A stretch of DNA of 64,000 nt, taken from the NCBI RefSeq assembly GCF_018977255.1, contig NW_024704766.1, positions 7,502,001 through 7,566,000 of the forward strand, read 5' to 3'. The translations under genes and the position numbers were made by a program. This DNA is from Callorhinchus milii. Its lineage: Eukaryota. Shown piece after piece: positions 35,701 to 48,485 of this stretch (the stretch's first letter is position 1; each line of letters opens with the position of its first letter). Under the pieces are notes generated by a model. That model searched no databases. It was not told where the DNA came from and saw only the letters and a list, made by a program, of their open reading frames with translations.

Positions 35701-38700
35701 CTTTCTCATTGGGAGGACGTCCCAAGACCCTGGACAGTCAGGGATTTGGACCTGAGTTGGTGGTTGGGATCAGGGGGGTGTGGAGGGCAGGGAGGGTGGG
35801 TGTAGAAAGGTGGCTGAAAACGCAGTCAAAGAGAGGGTCTTAAGGCAAGGGAGGGAGTGAAGCGAAGGGACTGTGGGATGGAGTTCCAAAGGGTGGGGAC
35901 TTGCAACTGTTTAGCGTTTTCCAAATCTTCTAGCACTTACAACAACACACATGAGTATAAGCGCCTTTCATGTCGGGAGGACATCCCAAACCAAATTCCG
36001 GCACATTTCCCAAACATCACCAAGACCCGATCGGTTTTGCTATTATAAAACTTGTTAAGAAATACCTGGTTCTGTTTTTTTTGTTTTACATATTCAATAA
36101 TTGATCATCGATGAGATGGGGATGAGAAGGAAAGCCCATCTGGCCTCTAATATGTGGTATTTCTTAACAGGTTCCTTTGCCCACAAATAACACGGTCACA
36201 ATACACTTACACTTTACAATAATCTCTGTGAAGCACTTTGAGACGTTGAGACGTGACGTGGCTTTACGGAGCCAGGATTTGTCTTACTTGATCATATCGA
36301 TAAGAAATACGGGATTCCTGAGGTTCTAAAACACCTCAGAGGGTGATTGGGGTTTGCCCCGAGCCGTCGTCGCTGTGAGTTTGCACCGCTGCCCCCCTCC
36401 ATCCCTCGCTGGCCCTACTCCCCCAACCCCAACCCCCACGAGTTTATACAGTGACTGAAAGAGACTTGGGCAGCGTAAACAGCGACTAACCCTCTGCACA
36501 TTGAGCTCAGAAGCAATAACAAATGTGTCGGGGATGAAATTGTCAAATCCAATTCTGACGCGGTTTGAGTTGCCTTGTTTAATTTCAATGCCAAAAAAGA
36601 GTGAAAATCTATGCATGTTTCACTGATGTATAAAGACGTCATTCTAGATTATATTTACTTTTTTGTATGCATCAATAACTATATTTTATACTGAAATAAA
36701 ACTTGCAAATGCCGCAGGTTTCAGTGCACAACTTTTCTTGCGTTTTTTCATTCCCCACCACCGACCCCCACCTCCAGAGACAAACACACACACACACAGA
36801 CAGTCAAGACCTACAGGCGCACACAGAGAGACAGTCACACATACGCAGGCACACAGAGACACAAACACACACACATGTACACACACACAGGCACGTAAAC
36901 AGGCACACATCCACAGGCTCACACACACAGGCACACACACACGCCAGCAACATCTTACACTGAAACACCCTCCGCACAGCACCAGAACCACTGATACTGT
37001 GACAGACTGACTGTCACTAGAGCACAGTGAACATACTCCGATTCCCGAGGACAGTCCCTGGATGAGCTCTGTCTGGCCAAGCATTCCTGCTGCTTGTCCA
37101 GCTCGGACCACCCTCTGACGAAGGGTCGTGGACCCGAAATGTTGACTCACTTACCTTTCTCCATAGATGCTGCCTGACCTGCTGAGTGTTCCCAGCCACT
37201 TCTGTTTTTGTTATATATATATATCTCTGTGTGCGTGTGTGTGTCCGGGTTTGGTTCACAGAACATGTTGGCCTTACTCTACAGTTCTCCTCACCTCTCT
37301 CCCTCCTGCTTCACTCCTACACAATCTGAGTGAAAGCAAACTAATCTCTGACTCACTGGCAATGAATCAGGTGGAGTTGCTGGCAGGCGAGGCTGCTGTT
37401 TAATGTGGGCTGTTGCTCTCAGTATCTGACAGGAGCCACACCTTGCCCTCCAGGTGGCCAAGCACACAGCATGTGACCTGTCCCAGGTAAACCTTTCTCC
37501 GGTTACACATGGCCCGGTCGATCACCGAAATGTTGACTTCTGTAGCACTGCTAACGTTTTCCTTCCCTTTGAACAACAGCTCAGAATAAACTCTCCCAGA
37601 TCAGCCACAGCACAGGTTAGAGACCCTCTACACTGGGCATCCGTCCACACTCCCAGGTCAGGGTTAGAGACACAGTAAAGCTCCTCTACACTGTGCGTCC
37701 ACACTCCCAGGTCAGGGTTACAAGTAATAAAAAGACTTCCAGGTCACTAGTCAAGTATTAAAAGGTCCTTTTTTTAAAAAAACCCACAATAAACGGGATT
37801 ACAAACAAACCTTTTGCTGGTTTAACATTTCCTGGATCTGCAGGAATTTTAATAAAGAAGCAAATGCAGAAATGAGGAGCGTAGAGGATTGCAATGACAT
37901 CTCATTAGGATTGGGTACAACAACAACAACAAAATTACACTTGTATAAGCCCTTTCACGGGGAGACGTCCAAGGCCTGGACATGACAGGTTCGGCCCGAG
38001 CTGGGGGGGGGGGTGTGGGGGGGAAGGAGGGGAGGGAAGGGGGGTGGCGAAGGCACGGTCGAAGAGGAGGGTCTGAGCGGGACTTGAAGGAGGCTAAGGA
38101 GGGCGAGGCGAGAGTGACTGGGGGATGGAATTCCAGAGGTGGGGGCAGAGTGGCTGAAGACTCTCCCACCAATGGTGGGGCGGGTGGGGCGGGGGCGTGG
38201 AGCAGCCAGAGCCGGCTGAGGGAGGGACCGGGCAGGTTGGAAGGGGTTAGGAGGTCGCAGAGGTAGTGTGGGGAGAGGCCATGGAGGGTTTGTATGTGAG
38301 AACCAGGATCTTGAACTGGATCCTCTGAAGGATAAGGAGCCAATGGAGTCGGGAGAGAGTGGGGGAGATGGGGTCACGGAGTTTGATGGGAAAGGACACG
38401 GGCGTGGCAGAGTTCTGGATTATCTGCAGCTGTGGAGGGAGGAGTTGGGAAGGCCGACATGCAGGGCATTTCATAGTGAGCCTGGAGGTGAATGGGATGA
38501 ACAAGAGTTTCAGTGGCCTGAGGGGTGAGGTAGTGGCGGAGTCGGGCCATGTTACGGAGGTGAGGGAAGGCCGAGCGGGTCATGGCTTGGATGTGGGGGA
38601 GAAAAGACAGTTGAGGGTCGAACAAGACCCCCAGGTTCCTGACTGGCGGTGAGTTGTAGTGTCCAACCATGGAGGTGATGTGCCGAGCCTGAGGTGCGGA

Positions 38701-41700
38701 GAAAGTTGTCCCTCGTCCAGGACTTGATGTCGGACGGGCAGTCGGTCAGGACGCCAGTAGTCCTGGAGTTGAGGGTGGAGGCAGAGAGGTAGAGTTGGGT
38801 GTCATCCGCATACATGTGGAAATTTACCCCATATCTGCGGAGGATTTCACCAAGGGGGAGCATGTAGAGGGTGAAGAGGTGGGGACCGAGGACAGAGCCC
38901 TGAGGAACACTGCACGAGACGGTGCGGAGGCTGGAGGAGAAGCCGTTTGCAGGGATGAAGTGGAGATGGTGTGAAAGGTAGGACCTGAACCAGTCAAGGA
39001 CAGAACTTGGAGGTTGTGGTGGGAGAAGAGGCGGTGGAGGAGGATTGAATGGTCCATAGTGCGAAAAGCAGCGGAGAGGTTGAAGAGGACGAGGACGCAG
39101 AGGGAGCCCTGGTCACACATGGTTAGGATATCATTTGTGACATTGACCAGAGCAGTTTCCATGCTGTGGGCAGCACGGAAACCCGATTGGAGGGTGGGTA
39201 CAAGACTAGGAAGACAAGACTGATTTATTGAGTACCATTACTGTGGTAGCACTGGATTGAATAAACAAATAGAATTTTTCCCTGTTAAATTGCAGTTGAT
39301 TCTAGTGCAACTGCAGACCTGCTTTTCACTGCCTTTATCACCTCAAGGCTGGACTATGGGAACTCTCTCCTCGCCGGCCTTACCGGCCCTCCCTCCACAC
39401 TGCAGGTCATTCAGAACTCTGCAACTCGTGTACTGTCCCGCACCAGGCTTCGGGACCACATCACTCCCACCCTCGCCCTCACCCTCACCCTCGCCCTCAC
39501 CCTCGCCCTCGCTCGCCTCCACTGCTCCCCATCCCCCAGAGGATCGAATTCAAGATCCTCATCCTCACCTACAAGGCCATTCACGGCCTCGATCCCTCCT
39601 ACCTCTCCGACCTACTATCCCCCTACCTACCCGCCCGTACCCTCCGTTCCTCTGTCTCCGGTCTGCTCCACATCTCCCACCCCAACCGCCCTACTATCGG
39701 TGGCCGGGCTTTCAGCCTCTCAGCCCCGAGGCTCTGGAACTCCATCCCCTAGTGCCTTCGCTGCTTCCTCCCTTTCCTCCTTCAAGGCCGGTCTCAAGGC
39801 CTTTCTCTTCAATCATGCCTTCGGCTCCCCTCTCGACTCTCTACCCCCTCCTCGCTTCCTCCCTTCCCTTCCCTCACCCTGACCATTTCCCCCCTGCTCG
39901 GGTCCCGACCCAACTGTCCAGCGCCTTGGGATGTCCTCCCAACGTGAAAGGCGCTCTATAAATGCAATCTTGTTGTTGTTGTTGTTGCTTAATTTCTGAG
40001 TTGGAAGGTGTGCAGTTAATCTGGTGACAAACCTACCCACAAACACCCTCAAACCTCAAATAAATACAAAAGACAATTTGGCTCCATGTCTAGGTGCAGA
40101 AGGGTGTTTTGCTTCCACACTTGTTGACTGGTTTGGAACACGCCCAATCAATAAAGTGTGAGAGGTTAACCCAAGGTCCTCATGTGCCAGATCAAGACGA
40201 TGTTAAAGATCTGTGGCATTTCTGATGCAACCCCTCAGATAGAAATTGCTCATTCATTCACTCATTCTATTGTAGCCTTGTGATTTGCTGCATTTCTATC
40301 TCTGGAAGTCACGACAAAATGATGCTGCAAATCACTACTCCAAATGCTTTGAAGTCCTGCTATGATTTCCTTTTGCATCCCATGGTACTGAGGTTAGTCA
40401 GCTCTTGCTCTTGGGCTGTACTCCTTACTTTTACATTGAATTTTCCTTGCCAGTCACTCACATCTTGTGATGGCTGATCCCTATATCAAAATGCGAGTAT
40501 TATTATTATTATTATTTCTCCTCACTCCCATATAACCTTATTCCCAAGGATCTCAACCTCCGCTCTCAGGTATGTCAGGTGTACCGGCAGTGCAACAGTT
40601 AACCACAATAGACACAGAAGAAAGGCAATGTTTGTTGACCAAACCATTCATACAAGGCACCCAGAGGACTGTATGAAAGGCAGAGTAGAGAGACTTAGTC
40701 ATGGAAGCTCAAGGAGAAAGATAAACAGGTCCTTTGCAAAAAGCTGACATTGATAACGTGGTGCCTGTGAGGTTCTCAGGGTTCTGTAGAAAACAAGTTT
40801 AGGATAGGTTGGGGATATAAGGAAGAGTTTTTGCCGGTAATCGATGGGAGATGTAGGAGCTGAAGGAAGCAGAGAGGGGTTGAGTGGAGCAGAACAGTCT
40901 GAAAATGTAGGAGCAGAAGTCAAAATCCTGACACAACCCTTACAATTTGTAGTTTGATTACCTATACCATTGGTAATAAAACCTTGATTCTAATACTCTA
41001 CGTTTCGAGTCATCTGTTGTTCAGCATCGAACATGAAAGCCCTTCAAAAGGAAGGGGATGAGGTGGACAATAGGGTGAGCAAGTGAAGCAGGTCAGTGTT
41101 CATTGAACGAAAGGTCTGACTCGTATGGTTGGGGTTGCAGAGGTAAGGTGGGGGCAAGACCACAGAGGGATTTAAAGGTGAGAACAAGGATTTTTAATTT
41201 AAGTAACATAAATTTGACAACAGAAATGACAACAAGGGTGGCTTGAGAAGGAGCCGACAATAAAATAATCCTTTCATTTGGTATAGCAAGTTATCAAGTC
41301 AGGATTTACTGTGAAATGTAGTGACTGTGTACCTGTAGGCAAACAAGGTAGCCAATTTAGGCACAGCAAAGTCCCACAACAGCCTGAAGTAAATGACCAA
41401 TATTATTTGAGAGATTGTTGGACAGGAAACCAGGAGAAACTCCCTTCCCTTGAATAGTGCCAATGGATCTTTAATATCTACCTGAAGAGACAGGTGCCTT
41501 ATCCAAACTTTACCAGCACTGTATTGGGGTATCATCTGTTGTTTGGCATCAATCGTGAAAGCCCTTTGGAAGGAAGGGGACGAGGTTGACATATTGCTGC
41601 TGTGACTCGGGTTGTTGAAACATCCTGAAGAGATGGGAGTTTACAATGGGAAGAGACTGTGTACACCTTTTCTTAGTCAAGAATCTCAAATAAGCAAGAA

Positions 41701-42089
41701 GGGATGGGTTCAAGTCAAATAGAAGGATTCAGTGCTACAGTTGTGCCCAGGAAACTAGGTGAGTGGATTAACTAGTTGTGGCTACGTGGGTAAAAATAGA
41801 GAAGATAACGGGGCGAGATTGGAACCCGCACCACCCCCTCCATTGAAGCCCCACGACATAGTGGCCAGTCACACAGAATTTTGACACAAAACAAAATTAA
41901 ACATTTATTGATGGACATTAAACACAAGGAGAGATCATACAACCACGAGTGTTAACCTGGTTAAACACAGCAACAAAAATCAACCCCAACCCCAAACGGA
42001 AAATATAAGGAATTAAAAAAGTAAATTAAGGGGGAATTTATCTATTTTGCTGGGATGAACCGTTTGTGAATATCTCAAACTAACACAGA

Positions 42090-42740
42090 CACGGAAACAA
42101 GCCACTCGACCCAAGCAGTCCTTGCCGCTGTTTATACTCCACACAAGCCCCCCCACCCACACTCCCCTCCCACACTCTTCTATTCCCATCCCTCTCACGT
42201 GAAGGTCTCGCTATCTCTTGAATACATCTACACTATCTGATTCCACCACTGCTTCAAGCAGTGAGTTCCACCATCTCGCTCCCCTCTGCATGGAATAGTT
42301 CCTCATAAAATGATCTCTTAGATCACCCCACCCCATTGCTATCTTATAGCACTCTGGGACGCTATCCTGCATGAGGGCACTATATCATAGAATCATGGAA
42401 CTTTACAGCACCAAAGGAGGCCATTCGGCCCATCAGGTCTGCGACGGCTCTTTGAAAAGATCTCCCAACTAGTCCCACTCCCCCGCTCTTACCCCAACTA
42501 GTCCCCACTCCCCCGCTCTTACCCCAACTAGTCGCCACTCCCCCGCTCTTACCCCAACTAGTCCCATTCCCCCGCTCTTACCCCAACTGGTCCCCACTCC
42601 CCCGCTCTTACCCCAATTAGTCCCCACTCCCCCGCTCTTACCCTAACTAGTCCCATTCCCCTGCTTTTAGCCCATAGCCCTGCACATTTTTCCTTTGTGA
42701 GTTTGTATCCAATTCTCTTTTAAAAGCTAATATGGAATCT
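42090..42740 (-). mobile_element. CR1 LINE 3' ends (two adjacent); others at ~1165-1280 (+), ~11280-11400 (+), ~22665-22815 (-), ~56180-56265 (+)
   Basis: ATAGAATCATGGAA..GGAGGCCATTCGGCCCATC tail signature. The 11280 copy encodes YCVQCWSAHFRKDV..FTEMIPGM (CR1 RT C-terminus). Confidence 0.7.
42467..42670. repeat. 30-bp tandem x7 within a CR1 3' end
   Basis: AACTAGTCCC(C)ACTCCCCCGCTCTTACCCC counted seven times. Confidence 0.95.
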
Positions 42741-42959
42741 GCTTCAGGAAGTGCTTTCCATGTAATCCATAGAAATGCAAGTAGTGGTTCATATTATACT
42801 GTGTTGCCTGGTTATGGAATTCCCCCCCCTAACAACAAGCGGGAACGGTCTGTCAGTGTAGTGACTGGATAGCTGAAGTCAAGCACGACAGCCAATTTTG
42901 GCACGTGCAATGTCCCATGTAATGAGGCGCTAATTCCTGTGTCGGAGGCCCCGACTTAC

Positions 42960-43179
42960 ACTCGCTCACGATGATCAGCTTGATGGTGGCATTCACAATC
43001 TGGTTTCTCTCGTTGGGGTTCTTGAAAGAGCAGGTGTACAAACCCGAATCCTCGAAATCCACCTGGTCCAGAAGCAACGAGATGTTGTTCTTGTCGATGT
43101 CGCCCACAAACTTGATCCGATCTTCCTGCTCTATGTCTATTGAACGCAGTTTCAGTTCTTTCAGCTTGATGGTAACCAA
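42960..43179 (-). CDS. SCN4B: Sodium channel beta-4 subunit, exon 3 (second half of the Ig domain)
   Basis: cag|TTG GTT ACC ... GAG T|gtaagt; 220 nt, phase 0 to 1. Encodes LVTIKLKELKLRSIDIEQEDRIKFVGDIDKNNISLLLDQVDFEDSGLYTCSFKNPNERNQIVNATIKLIIVSE, cf. human DRITLVGS..NNISIVL..LEFSDTGKYTCHVKNP. Confidence 0.92.
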
Positions 43180-43455
43180 CTGTGGGGGGGAGGGGGGTGA
43201 GATGGGGGAGGGGAGGTCGGAAGGAGAAAGGCACAGGCAGGTTAGAGCAATCAAGCTGTGGTAAGTGTAAGTGTGGTTATCCAGCACCTTCGGACGTCCT
43301 CCTGATGTGAAAGGCGCTATGCAAATATAAGTTGTTGTTGTTGTAGACCGTGCTCAATGTGTAAAACCACGTGTTAACGTGATTGTGTTATTGTACCTGG
43401 AATCACAGCCTGTGCACACGGTGTAGACCATGTGCAAACCTTGTAAATCCGAGGG

Positions 43456-44150
43456 TCCAAGCCATGACCCGCTCGGCCTTCCCTCACCTCCGTAACATGG
43501 CCCGACTCCGCCACTACCTCACCCCTCAGGCCACTGAAACTCTTGTTCATGCCTTCATCACCTCCAGGCTCAACTATGCAAATGCCCTGCATGTCGGCCT
43601 TCCCAACTCCTCCCTCCACAGCTGCAGATAATCCAGAACTCTGCAGCCCGTGTCCTTTCCCATCAAACTCCGTGACCCCATCTCCCCCACTCTCTCCCGA
43701 CTCCATTGGCTCCTTATCCTTCAGAGGATCCAGTTCAAGATCCTGGTTCTCACATACAAACCCTCCATGGCCTCTCCCCACACTACCTCTGCGACCTCCT
43801 AACCCCCTTCCAACCTGCCCGGTCCCTCCGCTCAGCCGGCTCTGGCTGCTCCACGCCCCCGCCCCACCCGCCCCACCATTGGTGGGAGAGTCTTCAGCCA
43901 CTCTGCCCCCAACCTCTGGAATTCCATCCCCCAGTCACTCTGCCTCGCCCCCTCCTTAGCCTCCTTCAAGTCCCGCCTCGAGACCCTCCTCTTCGACCGT
44001 GCCATCGGCCACCCCCCTTCCCCTCCCCTCCCTTCCCCCCCCCACCCCCCCCGACCCCAGCTCGGGTCTGAAATGCTGTCACTGTCCAGTGCCTTGGGAC
44101 GTCCTCCCGACGTGAAAGGTGCTGTACAAGTGTAATCTTGTTGTTGTTGA
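43456..44150 (+). mobile_element. L2 LINE 3' part (inverted copy at 31085-31780)
   Basis: [28 protein letters not shown]; tail CCTTGGGACGTCCTCCCGACGTGAAAGG..(TTG)n. Confidence 0.9.
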
Positions 44151-47100
44151 TGTGTGTGTGAGTGTGTCCTTATGTGTGTGTGTGTGTGTGTGTGTGTGTC
44201 CTTGTGTGTGTGTGACCTTGTGTGTGTGTGCTCGTGTGCATATGAGTGTGTCCTTGTGTGTGTGTCCTTGTGTGTGTGTGAGTGTCCTTGTGTGTGTGTG
44301 TGAGTATGAATGTGTCCTTGTGTGTCCGTGAGCATGAACGCGGAGAAACGCGGGAGATAACCAGGGAAAGTGGTGTTTTATCCACTTTGAGATCAGAGTT
44401 GTGTGAAAGATTTAACTGTGTGATGATGGTCTTCTCTTTCCATCTCCAGGCCCTTTGGTAAACTCTGATACTTTCTGATTTTGTGCCAGTGTTATCCAGA
44501 TACCTTTTGCAGGGTGGGGAGGGGAGGGAGGGGAGGGAGGGGAGATGCCACAAGACCTAAGCCTCTGTCTTATTCTCTTCCCCTTCACTTTCCTCACCTC
44601 CTCTGTGCTGGACTCCACAGCAACTTACCATCTCTGTGATGAAGTTTAAGAGAAAATAATTATCCCTTTTTTTCGATATCACATGATATCACATCAAAAC
44701 ATCTCAAAGTGTTTCACACAGTTTGCTGTAGAGACTGTGTATTTGTGGGCGAGTGCAGCAGAGAATTTGCGCACAGCTCGGCGATGTCCTGCAAACAGCC
44801 GTGAAGAAGTGAATGGCTAATTTGCTTTGTTGGCCAGGAAACAGAGAGAGAGAGAGAGAGAGAAACTCCCAACAATAATACCAAAGTGGCTGAAGGCCCA
44901 ACCGTTGATGATGGAGCGTGCGAGGCGGGGGACGTGAAGCAGGCTGGAGCCCGCAGAGCAGAGGGAGCGGGCAGGTTGGTAGGGGTTTAGATAAGGGGGA
45001 GAGAGGCCATGGAGGACTTTGAAGGTGAGGACCAGGATCGTGAACTTTATCCTCTGTGTGATGGGAAGCCAGTGGAGTCGGGCGAGGATGCGGGTGATAG
45101 GGTCACAGAGCCTGGTGCAGGAGAGGACATGGGCTGCAGAGTTCTGGATGATCTGCAGCCTGCGGAGGGAGGAGCTGGGGGGGCCAACAAGCAGTGAGTT
45201 TGTATAGTCGATCCTCAATGTAATGACGGCATGTATGAGGGTCTCGGGCGCCTGTGGCATGAGACAGTGGCAGAGCCGGGCAACGTTGCAGAGGTGGGGA
45301 AGGCAGAGCGGGTCATGGTGCAGATGTGGGGTAGAAAAGATAGTTGAGGGTCAAGCCCCAAGACCCCAAGGTTCAACTGTAGAAAGTTCGCTCTCATCCA
45401 GGACTTGATGTCTGACAGACATTCTGTCAGGACAGCAACGGATCCTGGAGTCAAGGGTGGAGGCAGAGAGGGAGAGTTGGGTGTCATTAAGTTGACCCCA
45501 TGTACCGGATGATGTCACCGGGAGGGAGCGCACAGATATTGCTCACAGACAAACAAGCAATTATCTGACTCTCTAAGCGAGTGGCAACTGCAGCAAATGG
45601 AAGGTGCTTGAACGCAGGCGCCAGGCAAACAGAGTCAATTACACTAACCCATCAATAAACCATTAGGCTGCGTACATTATCAGCGCTGTCTGTGATTGCC
45701 TTCTAACTCTTACTTCATCATTTCTGCGCTCTCTCTCCATCTCACACCCTCCCGCTCTGCCGTCTGACAAACCTCCTTCATTGTAACCCCTCCACCCCGT
45801 CCTGTCGCCTGCTACCATAGAGGCTGGGTGGGGGGGAGTGGTACTGTGGGTAAGGGATGATTTCAGGACAGCCACTTGGAAGCATTTATTAATAATAATA
45901 AATCTTGCATTTGATAATAGGGCCCTATCAGGTCGTTGAGAAAATAACAACAAGCTGGGGAGGGGGAGGTGGCCGTAAACAACAACAACCTCAACAAGAT
46001 TAGATAGGGGGGAGAGAGGCCATGGAGGATGGCGCTATGTGTATAGCGCCTTTCGCGTCAGGAGGACGTCCCAAGGCACTGGACAGTGACAGCATTTCAG
46101 ACCCAAGTTGGGGTCAGGGGGAGGAGGGGAAGGGGGGTGGCTGATGGCATGGTCGAAGAGAAGGGTCTCGAGGCGGGACTTGAAGAAGGCTAAGGAGGGG
46201 GCGAGGCAGAGTGACTGGGGGATGGAATTCCAGAAGTTGGGATCAGAGTGGCTGAATGCTCTCCCGCCAATAGTGGGGCAGGTGGGTCGGGGGATGTGGA
46301 GCAGCCAGAGCCGGCTGAGCGGAGGGAACGGGCGGGTTGGTAGGGGGTAAGGAGGTCGCAGAAGTAGGGTGGGGCGAGGCCAGGGAGGGCTTTGTATGTG
46401 AGGACCAGGATCTTGAACTGGATCCTCTGAAGGATAGATGTGAATGTGCGGAAGGAAATACAGTTGAGGGTCGAACAAGACACCTCGGTTCCTGACTGGC
46501 GGTGAGTTGTAGTGTCCAACCATGGAGGGTGGTGTTGCCGGAGCCTGAGGTGCGGAGGCGCTGGTGTGAGCCAATCAGGAGGGCCTCAGTCTTAATCACA
46601 TTCAACTGTAGGAAATTTGCGCTCATCCAGGACTTGATGTCCGACAGACAGTCTGTCAGGACAGCAGTGGCCCTGGAGTTGAGGGTATGGCTTGGAGTAT
46701 GGCTTCCATCTTGTCCACATTCAGCTGCAGGATGTCTCAAAGTGCTTCATGGGATATACTGTAAAGTGGAGTGACTGTGTATTTGTGGACGAAACACGGC
46801 AGCCAATTGATCGCAGCAGTGTCCCAGAGACAGTCCGGGATTGAGTGACTAAATTTATTTATTTATGGAGGGATCATTACCACCGGAAAGCAATCCACCA
46901 ATCAACTAACAACTTGGGTCCCTACTTATTGCTGGTAAACAGAGGTGTGTGGAGTAAGGAAACTTGCCCAACGTTTCACCCCGTCCGGGAATCAAACCCA
47001 CTGCTTACCAGGGAGTGCTCTAACCATTTCTTTAAAAGGAGGGGAAGTAACAGTTGGGATGGTGAGGGGCTCAGTGAGGTGTTGTAGAGGGGAATTGTGG

Positions 47101-47689
47101 TGAGTGTAAAGGACCATAGCCCAGTGTCTGTGTCTGAATGAACATCCTGCAACCACATCGCTAACCCGGTTGGCTCCGGGCCAGACCTGAGAGAGACAGA
47201 GAGAGAGAGAGAGAGCCTTTAGGGACAATTCGGCTTTAGGGACAGATGGAATCAGCGGTCACAGCATTGGGAATGTGAGAAAGGGAGAGAGAGAGAGGAG
47301 AGATATAAGGATAGAGGAGGGAGGCAGAAGGGGGTGGGAAGGAGGGAAGGAGGGAGAGAGATAAAGGGAGAAGGAGGTGGGGAGAGAGGGAGAGAGTGAA
47401 GAGGAGGGAGAGAGTGAAGAGGAGGGAGAGAGTGAAGAGGAGGGAGAGGCACCAGTGAGCGAGTCTGCATTGGCTCAGCCTTGTTTGCTGCGGCTTCAAT
47501 GACCTAATATTGGGCTGAAGGACACACACAACGTGGCCGGGAATCGCAGTGCTTTTAAAGGAGCCGCTCCCCCCCCCCCCCCCCCCCCGAGAGATAGAGT
47601 GAAGGGTTCCTTTAATAGCGGAGCAAACAGTGCCTGAGCCCAGAGAGAGAGACACAGACACTCATAGACACAGAGAGACACAGAAACAC
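43456..47689 (-). repeat. Inverted duplication arm B' (reverse complement of 27555-31780)
   Basis: Ends at the same base as arm B against a gap. Differs by a few substitutions (e.g. 30656 C vs 44599) and repeat-length changes. Confidence 0.97.
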
Positions 47690-48444
47690 NNNNNNNNNNN
47701 NNNNNNNNNNNNNNNNNNNNNNNNNNNNNNNNNNNNNNNNNNNNNNNNNNNNNNNNNNNNNNNNNNNNNNNNNNNNNNNNNNNNNNNNNNNNNNNNNNNN
47801 NNNNNNNNNNNNNNNNNNNNNNNNNNNNNNNNNNNNNNNNNNNNNNNNNNNNNNNNNNNNNNNNNNNNNNNNNNNNNNNNNNNNNNNNNNNNNNNNNNNN
47901 NNNNNNNNNNNNNNNNNNNNNNNNNNNNNNNNNNNNNNNNNNNNNNNNNNNNNNNNNNNNNNNNNNNNNNNNNNNNNNNNNNNNNNNNNNNNNNNNNNNN
48001 NNNNNNNNNNNNNNNNNNNNNNNNNNNNNNNNNNNNNNNNNNNNNNNNNNNNNNNNNNNNNNNNNNNNNNNNNNNNNNNNNNNNNNNNNNNNNNNNNNNN
48101 NNNNNNNNNNNNNNNNNNNNNNNNNNNNNNNNNNNNNNNNNNNNNNNNNNNNNNNNNNNNNNNNNNNNNNNNNNNNNNNNNNNNNNNNNNNNNNNNNNNN
48201 NNNNNNNNNNNNNNNNNNNNNNNNNNNNNNNNNNNNNNNNNNNNNNNNNNNNNNNNNNNNNNNNNNNNNNNNNNNNNNNNNNNNNNNNNNNNNNNNNNNN
48301 NNNNNNNNNNNNNNNNNNNNNNNNNNNNNNNNNNNNNNNNNNNNNNNNNNNNNNNNNNNNNNNNNNNNNNNNNNNNNNNNNNNNNNNNNNNNNNNNNNNN
48401 NNNNNNNNNNNNNNNNNNNNNNNNNNNNNNNNNNNNNNNNNNNN
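47690..48444. other. Assembly gap; others at 20869-21121, 23513-23804, 24368-24495, 27372-27554, 31781-31805, 34134-34302, 54291-54470
   Basis: Runs of N. Confidence 1.
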
Positions 48445-48485
48445 ATTGACTGACTGATTGCGGGGAGAAATCTCTGCAAACTTCC

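Larger units (their letters stand above)
31806..42059 (-). repeat. Inverted duplication arm A' (reverse complement of 13156-23463)
   Basis: Near-identical apart from single-base indels and a swapped L2 segment at ~37920-38700. Its N-gap (34134-34302) is at the same place as arm A's (20869-21121). Confidence 0.97.

Noticed and set aside
44629-44633. 5-nt micro-exon candidate cag|AGATG|gtaagt on the SCN4B strand (mirror at 30622-30626)
   Set aside because: The splice signals are good, but it abuts a SINE tail. It would give either a half-Ig protein or a uORF, so there is not enough support without reads.
47496-48444. ORFs of 275-431 aa crossing the large gap (likewise at 20.4-21.4, 23.4-23.9, 24.2-24.6, 27.2-27.7 and 54.0-54.7 kb)
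   Set aside because: Their length comes from N runs; only the short real exons noted separately are supported.
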